This document shows positions 1 to 9,460 of a DNA stretch of 64,000 bases, piece by piece. The notes under the pieces were generated by a model that was not told the DNA's origin, ran no database searches, and saw only the letters and a list, made by a program, of their open reading frames with translations. The position numbers were made by a program, and so were the translations under genes. Location: positions 1,312,001 to 1,376,000 of the forward strand of contig CAVXPZ010000001.1 of the NCBI GenBank assembly GCA_963763775.1. Reading direction: 5' to 3'. The DNA is from an uncultured Chloroflexia bacterium (lineage in GTDB: Bacteria > Chloroflexota > Limnocylindria > Limnocylindrales > CSP1-4). Positions within the stretch are counted from its first letter, which is position 1. Each line of letters starts with the position of its first letter.

Positions 1-409
1 CCACCGAGTAGTAGCTCTCCGGGGACTCGGGCGCGACGTTGGTCGGGCACAGGACCACCTCGGCGCCGTACGCCCGCAGGAGCTGCTGCTTCTCGGCGGA
101 CTGCTTGTCGGCCATCACGAAGATGCAGCGGTAGCCCTTGAGCGCGGCGGCGATGGCCAGCCCATGGCCCGTGTTGCCCGATGTCGGCTCGATGATGGTC
201 CCGCCCGGTTTGAGCAGGCCGGCGCGCTCCGCGGCCTCGATCATCGGCAGCCCGATCCGGTCCTTCACCGAGCCCCCGGGATTGAGCATCTCCAGCTTGG
301 CCAGCAGGAGCGGCTGGCGATCGAGGGGCCCCAGGTCGCGGGTGACCCGGGTGATCCGGACGAGCGGCGTGTGCCCGACGAGGTCGAGGATGGACTCGGC
401 GTACTGCAT
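1..409 (-). CDS. Cystathionine beta-synthase / cysteine synthase family PLP enzyme (5' part; runs off the window edge)
   Basis: Manual reverse translation: [70 protein letters not shown]. Contains the SVKDR PLP-lysine and TSGNTG motifs. Not in the ORF track. Confidence 0.9.
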   Translation of the reverse strand, partial: MQYAESILDLVGHTPLVRITRVTRDLGPLDRQPLLLAKLEMLNPGGSVKDRIGLPMIEAAERAGLLKPGGTIIEPTSGNTGHGLAIAAALKGYRCIFVMADKQSAEKQQLLRAYGAEVVLCPTNVAPESPESYYSV

Positions 410-456
410 CGCGGCCGAGTATAGGGTCGGCGGCGTCGGCGGCCCGTGGCGAGGGC

Positions 457-2120
457 TCAGTCCAGCGCGGCCGGCCGGACCCGTTCGCTCGTCGGCGAGT
501 CGGACGGCGATGGTGTGGCTCCGCGGCTGGCCGGTCAGCGCGTCGAGGAACGGTTCTCGGGCGAGCACGACCAGGTCCACCATGCCGACGGCCCGGACCG
601 TGGCGGTCCTCGGGACGTCGCGGACGAGGGCGATCTCCCCGAACGACTCCCCCGCCTCGGCACGGCCGATGACGTGCCGCGCTGCGAGACCTCGACGGTG
701 CCGGTCTCGATCACGTAGAACGCGTCACCAGGGTCGCCCTCGGCGACGATGACCTCACCCGCCGTGGCGTGCAGCAGGGTCGGCCCCGGCCGCCAGCTGC
801 TCGAGGACCGGCGCCGAGAGCGGCATGAACATCGGGACTCGTCGCAGAGCGCGCGAGCTGACGGGCGTGCCCGGACCCGGCCCGGTCGGCTCGCAGCAGC
901 GTGGGCGTCACGAGGAGGACGGCGACCGGGAGGGCCAGCCCGGCGACGACCAGCGCCCGGACGGCGACAGCCAGACCAGCAGCAGCGGGACGGCGAGCGA
1001 CGCCGAGCGACTGGGCGCTCATCATGACGGCCTCCTGGACCCCGAAGACCCGGCTCATGACGTCATCGCCCGGCCATGCGCTGCGTCAGCGTCTGGATCG
1101 CGACATACGACCATCGACGAGCCGATGCCCGCGAAGACGAGGAGGCCGGCGGCGGCGAGCCCGCCCGGCGCCACCGCCACGGCCGCGACCGCGCGCGCCG
1201 AAGAGCGCCGCCGCCTGGACAAGCGGGCGACCCAGCCGCTCACGCCCGACGAGGACGACGGCAACGCCTGACCCGACGAGCGCCCCGAGACCGGTCGACG
1301 CACTCAGGAAACCGACGCCACTGTCGCCGATGTCGAAGACGTCGAGCGCGAGGACGGCGTAGAAGATGTCGATGGCTCCCGGCGAGGGCCATCGACATGG
1401 CCAGGAGGATGGTCACCGAGCGAAGCGGCGCGTCGCGTCAGGACAGCGCGGATCCCGGCCGCGAAGCCGCCGTCGTCGCCGGCATCTCCACGCGGCCTCG
1501 CCGGCGCGTGGACCGCCGGCCGAACCGACCGAGGCGGCGGCCAGCGGCGACACGATCAGCGCCGCCCCGAGCACCCCGACCGCGCACACCAGGAAGACGA
1601 GCGCCGGCCCACCGAGGCCCAGCAGGACGCCCGGCCAGGAGCGGGTCCGCCGAGGGCGCCGGCGCCGTCGACGACCCCGTGGCGACATTCGCGGCGGTCA
1701 TCTCGTCGGGACCGTCGACGACCTCGGGGATGAACGCCGACTGGACCGGCCGCGTCAGCGTGATGCTCGTCGCGGTGACCGTGGTCGAGGGCGTACACGA
1801 GGAGCGGCTCGCCCAGCACCAGGGCCGCGGCGGTCGCTGCCATCGCGACGCCCTGAAGGAGGTACGAGCCGAACAGGACCCGGGCCCGCGGGAAGCGGTC
1901 GCCGAGGGAGGCGGCGCCGGGTGCGACGATGATCGACGGGACGGACTCGATGAAGGCGATCAGCCCGGCCTCGGCGGCCCCGCCCCGATCGAACGCGTAG
2001 ACGACGACGGCGAGCCACTGCGCCCACTCGGCGACCGTGAACGCGAGATAGGCCGCCTCGACACGCCGCAAGGTCGGATCGCGCAGCGCCGTCGCGACGA
2101 CGCCGATCCTGGTTCCGCAT
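457..2120 (-). CDS. MFS transporter with C-terminal cyclic-nucleotide-binding domain (several frameshifts)
   Basis: N-terminal TM segments ([38 protein letters not shown]) and C-terminal cNMP motif [21 protein letters not shown]. Pieces lie in different frames. Confidence 0.75.
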
Positions 2121-2130
2121 CCGACGGTGG

Positions 2131-3023
2131 TCAGCCGTCGCGGTCGAGGCGACCCGGCCGAAGGAGCAACCAGGTCAGTCGACGACGCAACCGCCTGGGA
2201 CGGCCGGGCGGGTCGACGGTCCACGGATGCAGCGCCGTGACACGACCGGTCCGAGGACTCGCGAGCCAGGGCGACGCTCATGCGTCGGGCGGTGTCGAGC
2301 TCCTCGCGGGACCCCGGCCTCCGGCAACGGCTCGTCCGGGCCGAGACCGGCCAACGCGCGCGCGGTCGTGGCCGGCAGGACGCGCGAGGCCAGGCGCCGC
2401 CCGAGGTACAGCTCCTCGGTCCCGGCCATCGCCAGCGGGACGATCGGGGCTTCCGTGCGGAGCGCGATGATCGCCCAGCCGTTGCGGAACGCACCGATCC
2501 GTCCGGCCGGCCCGCTGACCGTCCCCTCGGGCATCTGGACGAACACCGCGCCGTTCGCCACGACCGCGCGCGCCGAGGCCACGTGGGCCTCCACCCCGAC
2601 GCCGCCGCGCCAGACGGGCAGCAGCCCGCCGAGCCGGTGGATCAGGCGCTCCCGCCAGCGCGACGTGAACGTCGATGGGGCACTCCCCAGGAACCACGCC
2701 CGCGGCTCGGCCGGGAGCGCATGCATGACCACGAACGGGTCCATCCAGCCACGGTGCGCCGCCGCGACGAGGAAGTAGCCGCCAGCCGGCAGGTTCGCCT
2801 GGCCGTCGGTCCGGATCCGGAATCGGAACACGACGAAGCAGACGAAGCGGGCGACGAGTCGCAGGACCCGGTAGAGCAGCGACGCCCTGGCCTCGGGTGG
2901 TCGACCGAGCCAGGCGAGGCCCTCGACCGCGCCGCCGCGGGCGGCGGCCATGGCCTCGGGGGCGACGCGGGCGGGCGGCGGCCGGTGGCGGTCACCGTCG
3001 GGTGGGTGCCCGGCCTCGGCCAT
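2131..3023 (-). CDS. 1-acyl-sn-glycerol-3-phosphate (lysophospholipid) acyltransferase, PlsC family; frameshift near 3' end
   Basis: HxxxxD motif (AHRGWMD) and PEGT motif inside ORF 2175..4124. Confidence 0.8.
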
Positions 3024-3024
3024 G

Positions 3025-4033
3025 TCAGGCGGGCGGGGCGTCGAGCTCCGGCGACGCCTCCGGCTGCGAGCACCTCGGGCTGCGACGGCGCGGCGAGTCG
3101 AGCCGGGTCGTCGGTCGCGGCCGGATCCTCGGTCGCGTCGGACGCCTCGACGTCGTCGGGCGGCTCGACCGGCCGGCCGGCGGCGCCCCAGGTCGCACCC
3201 TCGGGGTGGGTCGGCGGGTCGTCGTCGGGATGTCCGGGCCGATGCCGCCAGGCCAGGATCAGCACCGCCGGGATCACGAACGCCACAGAGACGACCTGCG
3301 CCGTCGGGACGCCGAAGAACGTCCAGTTGTCGTGGCGGAACGTCTCGAGCAGGAACCGGACCAGCCCGTACCAGATGAAGAAGACGAGCAGCAGGTCGCC
3401 CGGGCGGAGACGCGGGCGGAGGTGATAGCCGATCCAGACGAGCACGAGCAGGCCGATCAGGCCGGACAGCGACTCGTACAGGAACAGCGGGTGGAAGCGC
3501 GTGGTCTCCAGCGGGAATGCCGCACACGGGTAGTCGGCGATGCGGTGGGCACAGTCGATCGGGATCCCCCACGGCACGGTCGTCGGCGACCCGTACAGCT
3601 CCTGGTTGAAGAAGTTGCCCCAGCGAGCGATCGCCTGCATCGTGAACAGGCCGGGCGCGATGATGTCCGCCCAGCGCAGGAAGGGCACGCGCTTGTACCG
3701 CGCGTACAGGTACGCGGCGATCACGCCGGTGACGATCCCGCCGTAGACGCCCAGACCCGAGTACGGCGGCAGGAAGATGCGTTCGATGTGGTCGCGGTAC
3801 AGCGCGTCCCACTGGTCGATGACGTGGTAGGCACGACCGCCGATCAGGGCCGCGACCGCGACGATGATCATCCCGTTGCCCAGGATCTCGACGTCCTCGC
3901 CGGCCCGTCGGGCGAGGCGCGACATGACGAGGTAGGCGGCCGCGAGGCCGACGGCGTAGCCGATCCCGTACCAGCCGATCGTCAGGGGGCCGAGCTGGAG
4001 GGCCGTCGCATTCGGCAGGAAGTCGGCAGGCAT
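3025..4033 (-). CDS. lgt: Prolipoprotein diacylglyceryl transferase
   Basis: IGWYGIGY, GGRAYHVI, GLGVYGG, QAIARWGNFFNQELYG and HPLFLYES motifs. The true stop is probably the TGA at 3025-3027, reached after an indel in the acidic tail. Confidence 0.9.
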
Positions 4034-4141
4034 CCGCGGAAGTGTAGCGGGCCACCCCGGGCGACGACGACGAGGGCCACGTGGTGGTCGGCTCGGTCGT
4101 CACCTGGGCCCCTGCGCGATGCATCCCTATACTCGTCCACG

Positions 4142-4525
4142 GTGAACGCCGAGTTCAATTGGTGGCTGCTCATCGTCGGGCTCGTCGTCGGAGCCGGGCT
4201 GGTCTGGTTCGTCGTGGCCGACTCGCGGCGCCGCGACGGCGAGATCGGCGCGGTCGAGCGCCCGCGCGAGGCCCTATGGCTCTCGGCCGTCCTCGCGGAG
4301 GAGGGCCGCGATGTCAGCCCATCGACCGCCGAACGGCTCCTCGAACTCCACCTGGCGTATCTCGACGCTCCGCCGCCGGACGAGCCGCGCGGCCCGGGCG
4401 CTCAGGAGCCTGAGACGAGCACCGGGTCCGCATCGATCGGCCCGCCGGGCACATCCACGAGCGAGACGCCGAACGTGGGCGCGCCGTCGAGTCCCGCGAC
4501 CGCCGGCGACGGCCCGACCCAGTAG
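4142..4525 (+). CDS. Small membrane-anchored hypothetical protein
   Basis: GTG start 8 nt after TATACT; MNAEFNWWLLIVGLVVGAGLVWFVV TM helix. The 3' end overlaps the convergent anti-sigma gene. Confidence 0.6.
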   Translation: MNAEFNWWLLIVGLVVGAGLVWFVVADSRRRDGEIGAVERPREALWLSAVLAEEGRDVSPSTAERLLELHLAYLDAPPPDEPRGPGAQEPETSTGSASIGPPGTSTSETPNVGAPSSPATAGDGPTQ

Positions 4526-5274
4526 GCGAGTCCGCCCCCGAAGAACATCTTCCCGACGCCCTGCCGCTGCCCGTCGACGATGACCCAGCAGCGGTATTCC
4601 TTGCCGGGACCCGGGTCCGTCAGCCCGGTCGCGACGACCACGAGGTCCGTCGTCGACGGCGAATACACGAGCGTGCCGCTGGTCGAACCGCCGGACGGGC
4701 TCTCGAGGCCGACCCGCGCGACATCCGGCTGGGACGTCACGTGGAGCGTCGCGGTGGTCACCGCCGCAAGGTCCTCGATCGCCTGATCCTGCGCGGCGAG
4801 ACGGTCGTCCACCCGGGCGCCGACGAGCACGGACGTGGCCACGACGGACAGGACCACGGCCGCCGCGACCGCCGCGATCCAGCCGAAGGCCGAGCGACGA
4901 CTGCCGCGCGAGGAGGCGGTCGTCGGCACGCCCGACCGGTCGATCGGGATCGGATCCGGCGCGGGCGCAGCGGGCGTGGTCGCGGCGAGCGTGGTCGCCC
5001 CGGGTGCCGCCGCCGCTCCGCGAGGGATGCCGCGCGCCCGCACGTACGCGAGCGTGCGATCACGGAGCTCCGGCGACGGCGCGTCGCCGACCACGGCGCG
5101 AACCGCGTCGCTGACGCGACGGAGCCGCTCCAGCTCGAGCGTGCACGACGGGCAGCCCGCGAGGTGCCCGGCGACCGCCATGGCCGTCGGGGTGTCGCCG
5201 GCCATCAGCCGATCCAGACCGCCGGGCTCTGCCGCGGCGATCTCCAGGGTCTCCAGGACCGTCTCGTGATCCAT
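4402..5274 (-). CDS. Anti-sigma factor (zinc-finger ZAS plus RskA-like C-terminal domain)
   Basis: HxxxCxxC motif (HLAGCPSC), one TM helix, C-terminal GKEYRCW..FGVSL; directly downstream of the ECF sigma gene. Confidence 0.8.
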   Translation of the reverse strand: MDHETVLETLEIAAAEPGGLDRLMAGDTPTAMAVAGHLAGCPSCTLELERLRRVSDAVRAVVGDAPSPELRDRTLAYVRARGIPRGAAAAPGATTLAATTPAAPAPDPIPIDRSGVPTTASSRGSRRSAFGWIAAVAAAVVLSVVATSVLVGARVDDRLAAQDQAIEDLAAVTTATLHVTSQPDVARVGLESPSGGSTSGTLVYSPSTTDLVVVATGLTDPGPGKEYRCWVIVDGQRQGVGKMFFGGGLAYWVGPSPAVAGLDGAPTFGVSLVDVPGGPIDADPVLVSGS

Positions 5275-5281
5275 CGTCTCC

Positions 5282-5938
5282 TTACCCGTCCTCGCCGGTA
5301 CCGACCGGCTGGGCTGCATCCTGCTCGAGGGCCGCCCGCAGGTGGCGGAGCGCTCGGCGCGTTCGTGTCTTCACGGTCCCGAGCGGCCAACCCAGTCGCT
5401 CGGCGATCTCCGATTGGCTCAACTCTTCGCGGTAGGCCAGCACGATGACCATCCGCTCCTCGTCGGGCATCCCGTCGAGCGCCGCGCCGATGACCGCCCG
5501 TGTCTCCTTGGAGGCGTACGCCGGCTCGGGCGCCATGGGCATCTCGGCGCCCGCGACGATCGTGCCGGAGGCGGCGGCCCGTTCGAGCCGCTGCGTCTCC
5601 GAGACCTCCGGATCGCCACCCCCCGACGGCCCGACGACCTGCGGACGCCGGCCGGCGGCACGCAGTCGGTCCACGGTCCGGTTCCGCGCGATCGTGTGGA
5701 GCCACGCGGCGAGCGAGCCCATCGCCGGATCGAACGTCGTCGCCCGATCCCAGAGGGCAAGGAACGTGTCCTGGACCACCTCTTCGGCCACGCCTCGATC
5801 CGATGTCAGCCGGCGAGCCACCGCGAACACCGCGTCGGCATGCCGGTCATAGAGCATCGCCAGGGCGTCGTACGAGCCGCCCGCGACCTCGTGGACGAGG
5901 GCGGCATCGTCGGGACGACCTGGTCGGTCCTCAGTCAT
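5282..5938 (-). CDS. ECF sigma-70 family RNA polymerase sigma factor (SigK-like)
   Basis: Region 2 (AEEVVQDTFLALW..GSLAAWLHTIARNRTVDRLR) and region 4 (LSQSEIAERLGWPLGTVKTRTRRAL). Confidence 0.92.
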   Translation of the reverse strand: MTEDRPGRPDDAALVHEVAGGSYDALAMLYDRHADAVFAVARRLTSDRGVAEEVVQDTFLALWDRATTFDPAMGSLAAWLHTIARNRTVDRLRAAGRRPQVVGPSGGGDPEVSETQRLERAAASGTIVAGAEMPMAPEPAYASKETRAVIGAALDGMPDEERMVIVLAYREELSQSEIAERLGWPLGTVKTRTRRALRHLRAALEQDAAQPVGTGEDG

Positions 5939-5941
5939 CGA

Positions 5942-5968
5942 TACGAGCCGGAGGTCGAACCGGTTTCA
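5942..5968 (-). promoter_or_regulatory. Putative ECF-type autoregulatory promoter TGAAAC-N17-CGTA
   Basis: Minus strand reads TGAAAC cggttcgacctccggct CGTAtcgATG, ending 3 nt before the sigma start codon. Confidence 0.55.
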
Positions 5969-6439
5969 CTCACGGCTCTCCAGGTGCAGGGGCCGCCGCT
6001 CGAATCCGCTCGAGAGCACGACATCGGTCTCGGTCGTGAACACGTTCGGGGTCATCTGGAGCCGGACCAGCACCTCTTCGAGATGGCGCGTGTCGCGCGC
6101 GCGGATCTTCAGGAGGTAGTCGGCCTCGCCGGCGATGTGGTGGCACTCCTCGATCTCGGGGATGGTCGCGAAGGCGTCCGTGAGGTCCGCGCCGGCCGTC
6201 CCCGGCGCCTGCGTCAGCCAGGTGAACGCGAGGACGAGGTACCCGGCCGCGGTCGGGTCGACGGTCGCGGCGTAGCCGCGGATCACCCCGCGTGCTTCGA
6301 GCTTCTTCACGCGCTCGTGCGCCGACGGCCCGCTGATCCCGACATCCGCGCCCAGGTCCGCATACGGGCGACGGCCGTCGGTCTGCAGGCGCGTCAGGAG
6401 GCGGGCGTCGGTCTTGTCGATCTTCGGCCGATCAGGCAT
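5966..6439 (-). CDS. Lrp/AsnC family transcriptional regulator
   Basis: IDKTDARLLTRLQTDGRRPYADLG HTH; ECHHIAGEADYLLKI RAM domain. Confidence 0.92.
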   Translation of the reverse strand: MPDRPKIDKTDARLLTRLQTDGRRPYADLGADVGISGPSAHERVKKLEARGVIRGYAATVDPTAAGYLVLAFTWLTQAPGTAGADLTDAFATIPEIEECHHIAGEADYLLKIRARDTRHLEEVLVRLQMTPNVFTTETDVVLSSGFERRPLHLESRE

Positions 6440-6487
6440 CAGATGGCTCGTGCATCGGTGTACTCCCTATCTGTTAGGTGTACTCGC

Positions 6488-6516
6488 TTGCATGACGTGA
6501 TTTGTTAGGCTATTAT
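6488..6516 (+). promoter_or_regulatory. Sigma70-type promoter TTGCAT-N17-TATTAT inside an AT-rich region with TGTTAGG repeated at 31-bp spacing
   Basis: TTGCAT 6488-6493, TATTAT 6511-6516; TGTTAGG at 6472-6478 and 6503-6509. Confidence 0.6.
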
Positions 6517-6613
6517 CCGCATATCGGTTTGTTCCTCTTGGACGCCGGCCGACCGCCTCCGGCGGACGGGCCCTCGGGTCCGCGGTGTCCGATGCAGCGA
6601 AGGGAGTCTCTCG

Positions 6614-6757
6614 ATGATCCTCGCGATCGTCATCGGCCTCCTGGCGCTGTTCTCGCTGATCAGCTACCTGCTGGGCACCGACGAACCCCGCCAGTCGAGT
6701 GCCGAGCACGGCCAGGGCCACGACGCCACGTACCTCATGCGGTTCAGCCGTCGCTAA
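6614..6757 (+). CDS. 47-aa single-pass membrane small protein (below the ORF-track cutoff)
   Basis: SD-like AAGGGAG upstream; MILAIVIGLLALFSLISYLLGTDEPRQSSAEHGQGHDATYLMRFSRR*; GC3-rich codons. Confidence 0.6.
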   Translation: MILAIVIGLLALFSLISYLLGTDEPRQSSAEHGQGHDATYLMRFSRR

Positions 6758-6831
6758 CCGGCCGCGCCGCGCTCGATAGCCTACCGCCAACGAGGTCCCG
6801 TCCCACGGGGCCTCGTTCGATTCCCGGGCCG

Positions 6832-7155
6832 TCACCAATCGCCGGCCACGCGATGGACGAGGGCCTCGAGCGTGCCGGCCGGCGCATGCGCCTCCAGGCA
6901 GGTCACACCGCCGTCGCCGACGAGCGCGTCGTGGCTGGTCCCGGCCGGAAGGTCGAGCCGGTCGCCGACCGCGAGGTCGACGGCGGACCCGTCGTCGGGC
7001 AGCCCGAACCGGATCGAACCCGCCGTCACGACGAGGACCTTGTCGTACGGGTGCTCGTGGGCGCGGTACTGGTCTCCTGGAGCGTTCGACCACGGCGACG
7101 GGCGCCAGCCCTCGGCCCACAGGCGCTCGGTGAGCCGCGCGTCCTCGCGTGACAT
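6832..7155 (-). CDS. Cupin domain protein
   Basis: HEHPYDKVLVVTAGSI and GDRLDLPAGTSHDA cupin motifs. Confidence 0.8.
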   Translation of the reverse strand: MSREDARLTERLWAEGWRPSPWSNAPGDQYRAHEHPYDKVLVVTAGSIRFGLPDDGSAVDLAVGDRLDLPAGTSHDALVGDGGVTCLEAHAPAGTLEALVHRVAGDW

Positions 7156-7166
7156 GGCCCCCTCCC

Positions 7167-8339
7167 CTAGCCGGCCGTCGAGACGCCGATGATCGATCCG
7201 ATCGCATACGTGACGATCGCCGCGGCCAGGCCGATCAGCAACTGGCGGGCGCCCGAGAAGATCATGCCGCGACCGGTCAGCAGGCTCACCGCGGCACCGA
7301 CGGCGAACAGCGCGACCAGGCTGATCCCGAGGCTCACCGCGATCGCGGCCGTGCCGCTCAGGATCAGGAACGGGATGACCGGCACGGCCGCCCCGACCGC
7401 GAAGGCGAGGAACGAGCCCCCGGCCGCCTTGAGCGGCGAGCCCAGCTCGTCGGGGTCGAGGCCGAGCTCCTCGCGCACGAGCGTGTCGAGCGCCGTCTTC
7501 GGGTCCGCGAAGATCCGGTGCGCGATCCTGGCCGCCTCGTCCGGCGCGAATCCCTTGGCCCGGTAGGCGGCGGCCAATTCGGCCTCTTCCTCCTCGGGCA
7601 TGGCCTCCATCTCGGCGCGTTCGAGCGCGATCTGCCGCTCGAACAGCTCACGCTGGCTCTGCATCGAGATGTACTCGCCCGCCGCCATGCTGAACGCGCC
7701 AGCGAGCAGCCCGGCGATGCCGGCCAGCAGGATGAAGCTCGGGTTGTCCGCGGACGCGCCCGCGACGCCCATGACGAGCGAGAGATTGCTCACGAGCCCG
7801 TCCGAGACGCCGAAGATCATCGCCCGGAGCGTGCCGGAGCGTCCGCCGGTCCGGTGCCATCGCTCGCGCTCGCCGATCTCGGATGCGGACGTCGCCGCGC
7901 GCGCGACCGCGACGCCGTCGCGCGTCGGGTCGACCGCCGGTCCCGTGGACAGGCGGTCCCAGATCTGCGCGTGCTCCCGCTCATCGGCGGCGATCGCCGC
8001 GACCTCCGGCGAGACGCCCTGCGCGTCGTAGGCGGCCTCCTCGTCCCCTTCGAGAGCCTTCACGAGGTCGGCCACGGCCTTCGTGCCGAAGACCCGGGCC
8101 ACGAGCACGATGAACCGCACCCGGAGCCGCGGCCGTCCCGCCGGCGGGACGGTCACCCCGAGCTCGGTCAGCTTGCCCGCCCAGACGTCGGCGTGGCGGC
8201 GCTCGTTGGACGCGATCCGCTGGAACGCGGAGGCCCGGTTCGGATCGTGCTCGATGTCGGCGAGCGCGTCGTACAGCACGATCGCATCGCGTTCGAGCTT
8301 GAGGTTGTCGAGGCTCGTCTGGACGTCGATGGGGGCCAT
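7167..8339 (-). CDS. VIT1/CCC1 family Fe/Mn transporter with N-terminal rubrerythrin/ferritin-like domain
   Basis: ExxH motifs (ERRHA, EREHA), then FGVSDGLVSN and GAFSMAAGEYISMQSQRE VIT1 motifs; start MAPIDV. Confidence 0.88.
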   Translation of the reverse strand: MAPIDVQTSLDNLKLERDAIVLYDALADIEHDPNRASAFQRIASNERRHADVWAGKLTELGVTVPPAGRPRLRVRFIVLVARVFGTKAVADLVKALEGDEEAAYDAQGVSPEVAAIAADEREHAQIWDRLSTGPAVDPTRDGVAVARAATSASEIGERERWHRTGGRSGTLRAMIFGVSDGLVSNLSLVMGVAGASADNPSFILLAGIAGLLAGAFSMAAGEYISMQSQRELFERQIALERAEMEAMPEEEEAELAAAYRAKGFAPDEAARIAHRIFADPKTALDTLVREELGLDPDELGSPLKAAGGSFLAFAVGAAVPVIPFLILSGTAAIAVSLGISLVALFAVGAAVSLLTGRGMIFSGARQLLIGLAAAIVTYAIGSIIGVSTAG

Positions 8340-8380
8340 CCGCTCGATGGTAGCCGACCTCGCCGCTAGACTGACCCGGC

Positions 8381-9394
8381 ATGCCGACCTGGAGCCCAGC
8401 CCCCCTGCGATACCTCTCGGCGGCCGACGTCCGCGCGGCGATGCCGCCCCTCGAGGACCGGCTCGAACTGGCCGGACGGACCATGACCGCGCTCGTCGCG
8501 GACGCGGAACTACCACCGAAGATCGGCGTCCACCCACGGCCCGACGGCTCGTTCGCCCACGCGATGCCGGCCCTCCTGCGCGGACTCGACCCGGACGGGG
8601 GCGACGACCGCCTCGGGATCAAGTGGGTGACCGGGTTCGGCGCCCGGAACACGGCGCGTGGGATCCCGGCGATCAGCGCGATCGTGGTGCTCTCGGATGC
8701 GACGACCGGCGTCCCGATCGCCATCCTCGATGGCGGCCCGATCACCGCGGAGCGCACCGCCGCGGTCTCGGGCGTCGCCATCGCCCGGTACGCGCCGCGC
8801 GTCGTCGGACGAGCACCGCGGGCCGCGATCATCGGGGCGGGCGTGCAGGCGCACAGCCATCTGCCCGTCCTGGGGCACCTCCTGCCCGGCGTCGAGCTCG
8901 CGATCCACGGCCGTGATCCCGGACGGGCCGCGGTCCTCGCCGAGGCCGCCGCCGCGACGGCGGGCATCGCGAGCGTCCGGGTCTGCGCCGATGTCCTCGA
9001 CGCGACCCGCGACGCGGACGTCGTCGTCAGTGCGGCGTCGTTCACCTCGCCCGAGCGCCGACAGCGCCTGCACGCCGAGGCATTCGCCCCGCAGTCGCTG
9101 GTCGTGCCGGTCGACTACGCGACCATGGTGGCGGCCGACGTCGCCGCCACGGCCGCGCTGTTCCTGGTGGACGATCGCGGCCAGTACCTCGCCAACCGGG
9201 CCGCCGGGCAGTTCGACGGCTACCCGGAACCCGGCGCGACGATCGGGGAGGCGATGCTCGCCGGGACCGAACGGCCGGCCGCGGGCCGCGTCGTCGTCAC
9301 GCACCTGGGCGTCGGACTCGCAGACGTCGTGTTCGGTGAGGCGATCCTGCGGCGGGCGATCGAGCTCGGCCTCGGGACGGCGCTGCCGGGCTGA
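8381..9394 (+). CDS. Ornithine cyclodeaminase / mu-crystallin family protein
   Basis: HAMPA, GIKWV, ITAERTAAVSG, IIGAGVQA and HLGVGLAD motifs. Confidence 0.85.
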   Translation: MPTWSPAPLRYLSAADVRAAMPPLEDRLELAGRTMTALVADAELPPKIGVHPRPDGSFAHAMPALLRGLDPDGGDDRLGIKWVTGFGARNTARGIPAISAIVVLSDATTGVPIAILDGGPITAERTAAVSGVAIARYAPRVVGRAPRAAIIGAGVQAHSHLPVLGHLLPGVELAIHGRDPGRAAVLAEAAAATAGIASVRVCADVLDATRDADVVVSAASFTSPERRQRLHAEAFAPQSLVVPVDYATMVAADVAATAALFLVDDRGQYLANRAAGQFDGYPEPGATIGEAMLAGTERPAAGRVVVTHLGVGLADVVFGEAILRRAIELGLGTALPG

Positions 9395-9460
9395 CGCCGA
9401 CGCTGCGACCCGAGTCGCGGCAGACTACACAGGCATCAGGCCATCCGTCGGGGAGGATCC

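Noticed and set aside
4402-4525. Convergent 3' overlaps (also 31680-31734) as antisense regulation
   Set aside because: Low-complexity tail extensions are common at high GC and may come from indels.
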